A program made the position numbers and the translations under genes. From NCBI GenBank assembly GCA_003971905.1, contig RSEE01000019.1:496001-560000 (forward strand): a DNA stretch of 64,000 nt. Direction: 5' to 3'. The stretch comes from Moniliella sp. 'wahieum'. Its lineage: Eukaryota. Numbering within the stretch: the stretch's first letter is position 1; each line of letters begins with the position of its first letter. Positions 26,488 through 40,464 of this stretch are shown in pieces. The notes below the pieces were generated by a model that was given only the letters and a program-made list of their open reading frames with translations, ran no database searches and was not told the DNA's origin.

Positions 26488-28280
26488 ATGCTCCCTGCCT
26501 CCCTCCTCCTTGCTGTCGCTGGCATCGCAGGAGCCCATGCCTGGGGGGCAGCCCCAGCACAGCCACTCCAACTTCCCCTGGACCCGCCTCCTCAGTCGCC
26601 CCCATCTCCACCTCCACCTCCCTGGAAACTGACCCGCTTGGCCTTCCCTTTCACATTTTCCATCACGCGGCCCAACAAAGCACGCCCCACCCTGACCCGG
26701 TCCATGACCATGACGGCGTGAGCGATGAACCTTTCCATCTCCGTACCCATCCTCGCGACTTTTCCAGCGGACTACAGCCTGACCTGAACCAGGAGGCACC
26801 ACCTCCTGGTTGCGAGCTGACATTTGTCGACAATGTATGCTCCTTCTTTCCAACTAAATGCATTCTACTGACCGTTCTGCCTTCCTCCTCAGTTTTCGCG
26901 TCATGGGGCGCGCCTACCAAGTAAAAAGGACTACCACGAGATGAAGAAGGTCCTCAAGAAAATCCGCCACGCCCTGGCCGACGTGCCACGAGGCCGCCTA
27001 GCAGATCCCTCACTCGAGTTTCTCCGGACCTATCATGTCCCCAAGGAGCTTGCTTCTCTTGTACCGTACGGGGCGCTCAGGCCTGGCACAAGGGACGGAT
27101 TGACCGGATGGCATATGGCAGTTTGGCTGGGGACAAGGGCGCATTCATCCGTGCTTCCGGTGACTTTGGTGGGGGTGATCGCGTGGTCTGGACGGCGATG
27201 TACTGGCAGCTTGGATTCGAAGGAAAACCATTTCCGTCTGGCACGCTTGTATCGCCCGCAGATGTCGGGAGCAAGAAGGACTGCGCCCCCCTCACGTTCT
27301 CCTTAGCGAGGAGGCTGGTGCCAACACACACTCAGTGTGGGCACCTGTTCCGCTTACTGGTCCTACAAGGGCCCCTTGGAGGATGAGTATCAGACCAACA
27401 CGGTTGAGCCGGTGGTGGCTGCCCACTTTGCCCAGCGCCTTGCGCCAGCCAAGATTCACTTGTCGGGTCGGAAGTGATGGCGTTGATGCATGTGTGCACT
27501 TACTGGACGTTGGGAGCGGCTACTGTGGTGGATGGCCAGGCCAGTCTCTCTGTTCATCCCTTGTGCGAGGCATTCGATGCGGACGACTGGCGTATCTACG
27601 AATATGCCCAGGATCTTGCTTCGTGGGAAACGCAAGGATACGGAAGTCCCTACCATCGCGCTGCCGGCCAGGGGTTCCTACGGGAGCTGTATGCTCGCCT
27701 CAATGGCACTGCCCCGCCACTGGATCGACCTACTTCTCTCAATTCCACGTTGGATAGCGATCGCGCACCTTCCCCCTGCCTTCAAAGAAGGGTTACTCTG
27801 TCTATTGGATGCAGCCCACTCTAGCAGTACGTTCCTTCCATTTTACGCTGTGAAACCCCGCAATACGGTAGAGACTAACCAGTTACTTTTTCCCCAGCCA
27901 TGGTTCCCGTTCTCGCTGCCTTTGGCCTCTACAAGGGACCACCCCCTTCCTCTGCTCCCCATGCCGAGCGATCGAGCAAGGCCGGATTTATCAAAATTCA
28001 CGCTTCATGCCCTTTATGACCCAAGTGCACTTCCAGCGACTGGGCTGCCGTGGCTCGGCGTGGCCAGGCAGTCCCGCCCCCTGGCAAGAGTTTGTTCGGG
28101 TTCGCGTCAACAAACGCACTCACCCTGCCGCTGGGCAACCATGGTGTCCGTTGGACCCCAGTACCCTGTCCTCCCATGACAAGGACCTCTTGCAGCAGGG
28201 CCTTTGTCCTTTGCATGCGTCTTGAGGGGTATGGAATGGGAATGATGAGGATGGCGAGTGGAGCAAGTGTTATGATGCTT
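26488..28280 (+). CDS. Secreted histidine acid phosphatase / phytase-like protein (branch 2)
   Basis: Signal peptide MLPASLLLAVAGIAGAHA; PPPGCELTFV, an intron, then SRHGARLP (RHGxRxP) near 26895-26920; YEYAQDL...GYGSPY...GQGFLRELYARL; MVPVLAAFGL; FVRVRVN. Confidence 0.9.
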
Positions 28281-28673
28281 AGTGCCTTTTATACCTGTCT
28301 TATTTTTAAGCCCCGAGCAACCTCTCTCCTGTGAATGTGCGACGCGGGGTAGAGGGACCTCTACCATATCCCCGCGACGACCGTTCTGTAACGAAATCAT
28401 GATCCACTGTCCATTGAGTAAAGAAGCCATTTACCAAAAATGGTAGCTACTGATGTACATGAGGGGTTTAGTAATGGAGGAAATGTGCAGAACGGATGCT
28501 TCTATAGCGTGATGATGTGTCCTAAAGAGGAAGAATGCATGTGTCCCGAAACGAAAAATATGAACATGGGGATCATGTACATGACAGAGACACGATAGTG
28601 TCACATCCGAATGGTTTGGCCCTTCTCAGGAAGTAACTGCATATCGGATTAAGACAAGTGCACCTCCAAGCAC

Positions 28674-30331
28674 TTAGGTGATAACCGTAGGCTTTTCACG
28701 GCCGGTGAAGTTGAGCTGGGACAAGGACAACGCCACGTCGATCAAAGGTTTGAGACCCTTCTGGGCATCCGCGCCGTATTCAGACGGGTCCGAGGAGTAC
28801 TTCTCCACATAGAGCCGGATTGTGGCGCCTTGTGAGCCGGTACCCGAGAGACGGAAGATGATGCGGGAACCATCCTCAAAGAGAATGTAGAGACCCTGCT
28901 TCTTGCTCACGCTGCCGTCAACGGGGTCGGTGTAGCTAAAGTTGTCGGCCTCCTTGATGTGAACCCGCCATAGGTCGAGCCGACAAACGAGGGTTCGGCA
29001 AACTTGGTTTCCAGCGCGGCCATCAACTTGTTGGCGCCTTCCGAGTCCACCTCCTCGTAATCGTACGCGAAAGAAGTTGCGGCCGTACACTTTGTAGTGG
29101 TCGAGCAAAATGTCAGCGACCGAGGTGCCGGTTTGAGCTCGTTTGCCTTGGCCACAATCGACAGCCAGGCTACAATTGCCCACAACCCGTCCTTTTCCCT
29201 GACGTGGTCCGATCCGGTACCAAACGACTCTTCGCCACAAATGGAGAGCTTGTTGGCATCCATAGGTTGCCAAAGAACTTCCAGCCAGTAGGACCTCATA
29301 GAAGGGCACCCCCAGTTTCTTCGCCACCCGGTCCACCGCACCCGAGGTGGGCATGGAGCGGGCGAGACCCTTGACACCTGTCTTGGCAAAGTATGGGATC
29401 GCCTTGGTCGCCCAGTCGGCAATGATGGCGACACTGTCCGAAGGGTTGACAAACGTACCCGCCGCACCCAGCACCATGTTGCGGTCCCCATCGCCATCGG
29501 ACGCTGCGCCAAACGAGAGGCCCTCAGCAGCCACCGCATCGACAAGCGACTTGGCATACGTCAGGTTTGGGTCCGGGTGGCCACCGCCAAAGTCGGGCAA
29601 CGGCACCTCATTTTGCACCGACGAGCTGGGCAGGCCAAACTCGTCGACAAAGAGCGCTTTGCCATAGGGCCCCGTGACCCGTGCAGCGCGTCAAAGCGCA
29701 CCTTGAACTCAGGCGTGGACTGGAGGAAGTTCTTGATCAAAGAAAAGTCAAAGATTTCAGACAAGAACTGCACGTAGTCCTTTACTGGGTCGATGATCTC
29801 CACTTGCAGCACACCAGCGTACGTGTGGGACCAATCGCAGCGATGTCAACCGGTCAGCCGTGATGGTCTTGTACGAGGAAATGGTCTTGGTGTACTCATA
29901 GATCTTGTCCGTCACACCCTCAGGGGCGGGACCGCCATTCTCCATGTTGTACTTGATCCCAAAGTCGCGTTGGGTCCGCCGGGATTGTGAGAGGCAGTGA
30001 GGAGGATGCCGCCGGTGGCCTTGTACTTGCGGATGATATGCGAAGCGGCCGGGGTGGAGAGGATGCCGTTTTGGCCGATAATCAGCTTCTGCACGCCATT
30101 GCCGGCGGCCAGGGCAATGATCTTGTGCAGCGCATCGGCAAGGAAGTAACGGCCGTCGCCACCGACGACGAGCGTCGAGCCGGCAGCGCCGCCAGGGATG
30201 GCCTCCAACACGGCCTGCACAAAGTTCTCGGTATAGTGGGGCTGACTGAAGATGGCGACGCGCTTGCGCAGGCCGGACGTGCCGGGCTTTTGGCCATCAA
30301 AGGGGGTCGTCGATACGGTCTGGACAGACAT
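28674..30331 (-). CDS. PGM: Phosphoglucomutase
   Basis: [11 protein letters not shown], catalytic TASHNPGG, metal loop [26 protein letters not shown], and C-terminal [10 protein letters not shown]. Confidence 0.98.
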
Positions 30332-32130
30332 GACGAGGGAGAGGGGATGATGGAGGAGAGGAGAGAACGAAGAGGGGGTGAGTTGACGGAGGCCCACAGC
30401 GGGCTGGTCTGAGATCTGACTCGGCGTCCGCTTGGGCGCACCACCGCACGCACCGGCACCTACTGGCGCAATGCCTTGGGACCGTGCGCCGATCATGCGA
30501 TCACTAGTGCTCGCCACTAGTCACTGTGACATGTGACTAGTCCACTGGCGAGGGAACCGCATTGGGCGAGTGGAGCAGCTGGGCTTCTGCGGCGCAATTC
30601 AATCGTAGCGCCCTCCGAATCCTACGCGAGGCGGATTGGATGTTTTTGATGCACCGCAACTGCCCCGTGCCTCGTGTGCGTTGCTCGCTCGTCCGCTTAA
30701 TAAATGTTCAAGCCATCCCCAGTGCTGTGCTTTGGAGCCGCACAGCAGGCCCAGCGCCCAACGGTACGCCAAAATACGCCAAATTCCAAAGGTTCTGCAA
30801 ACCCTGGCAGCTGTAAATACTTAGAGCCACCTGCAACCCAGCACGTGGAGGCGTGGTGGCGTGCCCAATTCATTTCCTAATCGATAATCGATCCTAAATA
30901 ATCAGCAGCTCATCTACAGCGCACATTGGCATTCAATGCATTCAATATTCACCCGAGAGTATGCCCATCGGAGGACAGGATAAAGCATTAGCTGTACCGT
31001 CATGCCATCAGGAATAACAGAACGTGTGGCCGTGGATGTGTGCACCGACGGGTGTGCACATTCTAGAGCAGGGGCTCAGCGGCAACGCTCAATCACTCGG
31101 CCCATCGGGTGAGAGTGTGTATCCAGCTGTGTAACATCTGAGTCCATGTGAGCGCTGAGCCCACACAAAAAGATATATAGATGCTCTCCATGTGTGCTCT
31201 GCGGGAGTGCTTTCCAAGCACAAAGTCCGCAGCAGATAATACAACCTTCCCGGACCAGCCTTTAGGCCTTTAGGCTTGAACGTCTTGAACCTTGAACTTC
31301 AAGCTTCAGCTTCTGTGGGAGATGGCAATTGTGGGGGCACATACCATCACACAGCGGCAGAACATGCATATAATGGGGCGCACCGTCTGGATCTCACACC
31401 ACACGCCAAGACTCTCTCTCCGCACAGACGATTATTGTTTGTCAGTGATGAGGTTGAATTGTCCGAGACCGTGCGGGTGCCGATCCGCGCACTTGTGCGT
31501 CGTTGAGCCTGGCCCGTGCGTTGGGCCAAAATATGCCCCCTCAAGCTTTTCTTACCAGTACTCAGTCATCCAGAGGCCTGGAAGCTCGGTTGTTGTCTCC
31601 CTTCTGTCTGAACAGTTGTGCAACCACAGGGGCGGTGGCAACTTGTTGCCATGGATGTCCCTCTCATCGGTAGATGTGTGGAAGACCAGAGGCAGGCAGT
31701 TGGTGGCGTGTATTATTGCATTGCACACGAGCCGCAGAGAGCTAAGACTATTCCTGCGGTCCAGGAAGGAATATTGAAAGGAATGCATCGGAAGGATCCG
31801 GACTGGGCTACCGGCGCCCACTACACTGCCAGTGTGGCGCCACAGGGTGATGTAGGCTGGACAACCACCACCGAAAGTGCGATTGCATCACCCTCGAGAC
31901 AATCGTGATCCTCAGGGGCCGTGGCCTCTGCTGACGCGCTGACAGTCATCTGGGTGACCATCACTGCGCCCAGTGACGCCTTTGTCAAAAACTCTACCCA
32001 GGAAGTGGCGCATCTGCCCGCGTGTCGCTGACCCATTCATTCTAGACGCGATCCATGCGAGCCCCTTTAGACCAGTGGCCAGTCATTCTCTTGTCGTTAA
32101 TATTATTCAATGACAATCTCGGTCACAAAC

Positions 32131-32230
32131 GGTCGGATGGTCTAGCTGGTCATGACGTACGCTTCACATCCTGGAGCAACAGGTCTCGTTGAGACGCGTA
32201 AGGTCCCCGGTTCGATCCCGGGTTCGATCA
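32131..32230 (+). tRNA. tRNA-Val(CAC) with a 26-nt intron (32169-32194)
   Basis: Acceptor stem GGTCGGA/TTCGATC-A, A-box TGGTCTAGCTGG, anticodon stem TACGC/GCGTA around TT-CAC-A|C, T-arm CCCGG-TTCGATC-CCGGG, followed by a TTTTT Pol III terminator. Confidence 0.93.
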
Positions 32231-32500
32231 CTTTTTGCAATGACACCATTTTTTTTGTGTTCGGCTATCCAGACTCGGCCTCGCCTCGCCTCAGGCCTAA
32301 AAGGAGATGCGTTGCTTAGATAGATAAATCGATCCGATAAAGTGTGGAGATAAACTCAGCCAATTGATATAGCCGTTGACATTACAGAGGGAGGATGATC
32401 GATGACGATCAAACAGAAAGTATGGTGGGATCATCAACGTAAGACGACAAACAGAAAAAACGAGGGGACAAGATAGACACGTATGGAAAAGAGGTGAGGC

Positions 32501-35500
32501 TTAAAGAGGCAAGATCAATGGCTCACCGCCTACGACCCCAAGTGTGCGTTGGGTCAGATCCACCAGTAAATCCAAGTGCCGGGTCACCTCCTTCATTCCC
32601 AAGGCATACGAGTACAAACGAATGGTCCGTTGGGTTGATGCCGAGGACGATCCTGCGCGAGAGGTGAATGGAGGCTGCGCAGATGAGGAAAGTGCCACCG
32701 TCGAACCGGGCTTTGTAGGCCGATATGCCAACAGATTCTGGCGAGCAGATTCGACACGAGGCATATACGGCGGTAGAGGGTCTTGAGCCGGAACGACGCG
32801 GCCAAGAGGTACAGGACCAAGACCGTATGACCCGTGAGCTCCAGTGCGAGAGACTCTTGTGCCGCGTCAGCCGATGCTCCCTGGGATGACGCCGGCTTGG
32901 CGAAGAACGTAGCCGGGCCCGAAGAAGCAGGAGCAGAACCACCTTGCGTCGCGTCCGCTGCTACTTGTGCAGCGGCCGAAAGACCATGCAGGGCATCAAG
33001 CAAGCCTTGGGCTTCGGAGAGAATGCGATGGTACGCATGGCCCGGAAACGGTCCCTTGAGGCGTACCTCTGTAGTCGTGTGGGGCAAGAGACTCTCAAGC
33101 CAAATGACAGCCACTTGAATCGACAAGGTCATGTGCACAATCGTGGCGTTGGTGCTTGTGGGCAAGGGTGGGACAGAGGGAGTCCGACCTGACGGACGGT
33201 GCTGCGCGAGTGACGCCAATTCTCCCTCTGGCGCCAAGTTGTCCTCGCATGGATCCCGAAACTCTTGCCCATGTCCCATCGGGGCAGATACAGCCCGAAC
33301 AGCGATCGCTTGATAAAGCCACGCCAAATTAAAGAGGAGGTCACTGGTGCCTTGAGCCAGCAACCGTCTCGCCTCCATGGGCCAGACAAAGGCAGAGAGA
33401 AAAGCAGCCCAGGCAACACCCACGAGGACAGACAACGTACGAAAGATAGCGATCTCTTCCACTTCTGTACCCGTTTTGCGCAAATTGTAGCTGTACACTG
33501 TTCGAATGGCACCCATGTCAGTACTGCTTGAGTTTCAAATCCCCGTAAGGGAGTCCGACGCAATGTGATACCGTACATACAGGCAGTCAGATTATACGCC
33601 AGTAAAATGAGGCGTCCCGAAGACGCATGGGCCGGAGTAGCGACGATGATGTAGAAGCAAGGAATGACAAAGAGCAGCCCAAACAAGGGAGACAAACATT
33701 GTCATCAGGAAAAATGTTGTAGGCGACACACGCAGCCAGAGCCCCAATGATCGTCCCTACCGTGCGTTGGAGGCCCATGTAAGTGCTTTGCCCCACCGTG
33801 GGGGACATGACGACAAAGAATGAAACAAGGCCCATTGCCCTTGGATCATTTCGAACAAGGGTCGGGTTCGCATGATGAATGCAGGTGAAGCCAAGACAGC
33901 AGCACCACCTCCAGCCTTTATGGCAAACCGTACATTGGCCCGTTGAAAAATGCGACTCAACCTCCACAGGCGATGGGCCCATCGAGAGCGCCATCCTTCA
34001 TCAGAGTGGTGCGAGGGTGTTTGGAGAGTACCAGGGTAGTGTGGCATGTAACCCGGCATTCCAGGTCCACCCCGAGAACTGGGCATCCCCCCAGGGCCAA
34101 GTTGACCAATGGGATTAACACTTTGCCCCACTCGTTGGCACAGTGAATAAAGACTTGCCCAGGCCACTTGGGCAACCGATGTGAGGAATCCAGGAAGAAG
34201 GATGATTGGCCGTAATACAGCAGCAAAGCATTGGCGGGAAAAGTGCAATACCCACCCCCAGAAAGTGTTGGATACAAGATCAGGTTTGGACAGAAGCTGC
34301 GATCGTGCCAAGTCCGCTTCGTGGACACGCACGACTTCCAACAGGGGAATTAGACGGGCCAGCTCCGCGGAAAACTCCGACAGAGTCCAAGCAAAGAATA
34401 CCACCAGGTAAGTGTCCTCTTGAACTGCATCCCTCCAATCAGTCCGACTGGGGTTCGTCGGAATGGCCGTAGATGAGCTTTTTCCTTCTACACCTGATGA
34501 TACGGGAAGTCCAGATTCAGCTCCTTTGTCCACCCATTCCTGGGCCAGCTGGGCATTGAACTGGGATTGCGCAATAGCAAAACGTTGTTGAGCGGCAGAG
34601 AGGTCAGTCGCAAGCCAGGAGAGAGGCATGCCTTGTTTGTACGTTGATGGTGCACTCGCTGTGGCGCCATACACGCCGATGCCAGGCTCTTGTTGACCAA
34701 GGCTTTCATCAGCTTGCTCTAGCACCTCATCTGGGAGAGGGAAAGCGTCCTTGAGGGACAAGAGGGTGCGCGAGCATGTAAACTTAATATGGTGTTAGTC
34801 CAGCGTTCAGCCGCATAAGAAGAGGTGCTTACGGCCAAGCTCCGGGTAGCCGGGCCAAGAGCCGCGACAGCGGAGAGAAAGTGCTGAAAAACTTGACTGG
34901 TAGGGTCTTGGTGATCGTGCTCATACACTGGTGGCAACTTCGCATCGTCCGGGGCGGATGGAGTGTGAGCAGCCGATGGAGCACTGGACATGCCGGAGGA
35001 TGATCCCCCCATCCGGGCAGTTCGCAAAGCAACATGAGCGGGGGCGTTGCATGGTGCTCGTAACGCAGCCAGATGTTGAGCCAAATGAGTGAGAGCCTGA
35101 GCTGCCCACGGTAAGCTTGGCGTACGCTGGCGCTGCCCATACGAGGGTCGATCCATGCCTCTAGGCATGCCTCCTCCGCCTCGGTCTGGGCACGAGTAAA
35201 GGAAGACCATGTCGCCCAATAGCCCCCACCAAGGCTCGTTGGGAGTTGGTGGCGCCCGAGGGGTCTTTACCCAAGAATGGGGGCTCCGTTTCATCCAGGA
35301 GAAGACTGTAGTAATGGCACGCAGTAGACGAGCAAAGGCGTCCAAGTCTTTCGTGACACCCGATTGAAGTCGACCAGTCGCACTTTCAGGCCACAAACCT
35401 AGGCAGACGACCGAACTGATAAATGTACCAAGTATACAGCATGCCGCGACTTGGATCACCTTGTCCCCACTGAAGCGGCCTAAATGGGGGGAGCCTTCCT

Positions 35501-36844
35501 TCACCAACACAACAAAGAGCAAAATCGACCCCATGGTTCCCGTAGTGTTCCATACGCCAGGTTGCAAGTGGGATTGTGTCTTGCTCCAGGAGCCGACTGC
35601 CACACCACGCCGACAAACAAAGCCAGCACAAGAATGTTTGAAAGGCCAGGCCAGCCCAACTCATGGAGCGTCTCGCGATAGCCATGGAAATTGTACACCA
35701 AGCCGTGACGGCCGTCAAGCCAAGAAGCGCATAGCCATTGGCCAAAACCATGCCCCCACGAGTGCGGGCGGCGTGAAAGTAAACGGAAACTGTGGCCACC
35801 ATATGTAAATTGGCGATAGGAGCCCGACTGTCCGAATCACGATGAGGCAATAAGTATGCCATAGCATCGCTTAGAATGGGGCTGAAGGTAAACATGGAAG
35901 CCAAAAAGTAGGCCACCGCACATTTGGCGATTCCCCGAACCAAAGCACTCTGGGGATGCAGGCACCATTCCCAGAAGGACAGAGAAGGAGAAGGAGTGGC
36001 TTCCTTTTCCGCAAGTAGTCGATCAGCATCTTCGTCAGCGTGAGCGAGAAGTAAACGGGAAGCCGCTGCACGAAAGGAGGGATTGGAGGTGGGTGGCGCA
36101 GGAGGTAAATTCGGAGTGGTGGATGTAGCTGAATTAGGTGGTGCCGTGGCTTGGAATGCGACAAACGTAATGGGGTCAACCCCAATGGGGATGGGAGGAA
36201 TCGTAGAGGGCAAAAATAATGACAAAGTAGAGCGACCTCGAGCAGGGTGATGCATTGACAAGTGTTGGCTCTTCCTCCGCCGTCCGAGGAAACTGTGCGC
36301 TGAAGGGCGCGTTCAGGAGAGAGCGACTGTGTTGAATTTCCTGCAGGAGGCGGGCCATTGAACTGAGGGAAGTAGGAAACGCGGCGACGTTCAGGCGATT
36401 GCTCTCTGTCAGTCGATGGAGAGTTCGATGGCGAAAGTGTGGGTATGGGCGTAGGGGCAAGTGTAGTGTGCTCAGCCGTCGATGGGACGGGAGTAGGAGA
36501 CGGGAGAGGAGACACAGCCGCTTGTGTCGGAGGCGAAAGAAGATCAGGTTCAGCAAAAAAACATCCGGGTGGCCAAGTGGTGGCGGAGAAAAAAGGCGAT
36601 CTGGTTGGACCTCTCCCTCCTGGTGTATGGGAGAAGGTGTGGCACTGGATGTGGAAGAGCCGACCAAATACTCCTCCTCTTCATCTTCATCCTCGCTACC
36701 GTCATACAATACCTCAACCGAGGGTCGATTATCGCTGATAACGGCATCTTCACCAGGTGGAGGGGTATCCAGCAAGGCAGAAAGCAATCCCCACTGGTTC
36801 GAAGGGTCGACCAGAGCCAAGCTGTCCCGGGGAGACATGGCCAT
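32501..36844 (-). CDS. Multi-pass membrane protein, aromatic acid exporter / FUSC-like (ArAE) family; start approximate
   Basis: N-terminal TM block (AKCAVAYFLASMFTF, VATVSVYFH, SSVVCLGLWPESA). C-terminal FUSC-like block RFAIKAG...WAL.SFFVVMSPTVGQS..MGLQRTVGTIIGA, FVWPMEARR and EVRLKGPFP. Confidence 0.85.
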
Positions 36845-37720
36845 CTGGCGGCCTGGCGGGCGTGGACGAGGAACAAGGCCGAGGCTCGCCGGGCAGCCCG
36901 AGACAGAACAGAGGCAGAGCAGACGCAGCCGATGAGGCGATGGACAGGTGTGAACGGGAAGGAAGCCTTCCATGTCACGGCCGGCGGGCAGGGGTGCCTG
37001 TGACCATATGCTAGGAGGCGCCGATTCGCGGTGGGAGCGATGGGAGGGGGTGGGAGGAGGTGCGGATGGGGACGGGGACGGCTTGGCGGGGATGAGGTGG
37101 CTCAGACATGATGATCTGGGCGGAGTGCCTGTCGGCGGCAGGCTACAGCAGTGAGTGTAGACGGGCCAAGGCGCGTGATGGTGGTTGGCCGCCTGGAGAT
37201 GGGAGCGATGGGAGGGCCCGAGGTGGTGAAGTGGACGGCTGTGGACGCCGACGCTGTGCCCAGGAGCGCCATCTCTGGACTCGGCACTCGGTACGCACAG
37301 AGATGGGGGTGACCATCATGCATCACATCCCATTGCGCCCCATGAAATCTCAAATCCAACCCACCCATTCTGCCGCAACACAATGGGCCTCTGCCTGCTC
37401 CTGCCGCGTACTGCCTGCGGCTGACCCTACTGGAACGGTTGCCCCGGCCCACGCACGACCTGTTATCCACCCAGTCCCTCCCGATATGCTTACCCTGTCC
37501 AAGCGCCCACACAAAAGACACAGTCACCACGAGAAACGCTAGAGTGGGTCCGCAGTATGTACCACCCCTTCCAGCCCCAGCCCACAGTCACATGCATCAC
37601 ACTACATCCGCCAGCCACAGAACAAACACACATATGCACACCAACAAATGGGCATCAATGAATGGATGGAGCAGGCACAGAGCCCTGGTCGGCCTCAGGG
37701 TTGTTCCTCGGCGTTCAGTT

Positions 37721-38692
37721 TCAACGCTTCCCGCCAGTTTTGATCAGATCCAAGAAAGAGTCCTTCGACTCGAGGCTCTTTTTGGTCCCAGGCACCAGGG
37801 GAGGCTTTCCCATAACACTGCGCACCAGACCAGATGTCTCCTCTTCCTCGGGAGGGGCAGCTGCCTGCCGCTGCGAGTCACGGATCACATTGAACAGCTT
37901 GACCACACCGCGTTGTGCCACCTTGCGCAGACGCTTCTCGTACCCCCCGACCCCCGATCCACCCTGGTCGTCCCAGGCGGCCAGGGCATCGTCATCTAGA
38001 AGGGTGCCCCCCAAGGCTGGAACAAGGGTACCATCATAATTGACAACCTGCCCTGGTGGTCCCCAAGAAGAAATGACGTCTTTCACGTGGTCAACTCAAA
38101 TGCCTTCTTGCGTTCGGCTACGAGTTCCCGCTCTGCCTTCGTTGCAAGTGATGCCTTGGCACCTGCGCGATTAATGTGGGAGCAAGAGCAAGGATTGGCC
38201 CCTGGGTTGAGGTGGACGGCGCAGCGTGGGGGAGAAACGCGAGTACGCTTAGTCGGTTGTTCTTGCTCATCTTGAGCTTCCTCCTCCTTCTCTTCACCCG
38301 AATCGTGATCATCCACCTCACTTTCTTGGTCAGAAGAAGGCTCCGACCCATCCTCACCTTCACGCGCCAGAGCAACAGGTGCTGGTGCGGATGAGCCAAG
38401 GAGATCCTGCAAAGTGGCACCGAAAGCAGTGGGAGAAACAGCGCGACGTTACGTTCTGGGGAGGGAAATGAGGTCAATTGCATGAACATGGCGCTATAAA
38501 AGTAACTTACTTTGAGTTTTCTTGCTCTTTGGGGCGGCGTATGAGGCACGAATTTCGTCATCCGTGTCTGGTTCCGATTCGCTGTCGGACAAGCTAGAAT
38601 CCGAATCATCGTTGTCGCTAGTAGGGTTCGTGGCGGCGGCGGCCGGCGTCCCTTGTGAAGGATGACCCGGATGGCGGTGCACCGGAGCGCAT
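37721..38692 (-). CDS. RRP15: Ribosome biogenesis protein Rrp15
   Basis: EKRLRKVAQRGVVKLFN and SKDSFLDLIKTG motifs with an acidic N-terminus. Intron at about 38410-38510. Confidence 0.85.
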
Positions 38693-39016
38693 GGTAAATT
38701 TAGATTGCGGCTTGGACCTGTCGCCGCCGGGGCGCGAGGTGCTCGGATGGGGCTTGGGCATGATGCAGATGGAGGTGGTGCTGGGTGGTGTGGGTGTGAG
38801 TATTGTTGCGGATCCCGAAAAAAATTGTAATGAGGGGGCAGCGGAATGTCAGGGAGGAATTACGAGGGGGCGCATTTACCATTGCACCGGCAGTCGATTG
38901 TTGCTGGACCCACTATCGCATCCACCTGGCCAGATCGAGGCTGAGCCTGAGTGGCACGCAACTCCAACAACACACGCCCCAACCCCCAGCCCCTGCTCTG
39001 CCACCCCGTGCTCGCC

Positions 39017-40464
<1,448 letters not shown>

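Noticed and set aside
30800..32100. Possible gene or ncRNA between PGM and the tRNA
   Set aside because: Only short ORFs without recognisable motifs, and no convincing RNA structure.
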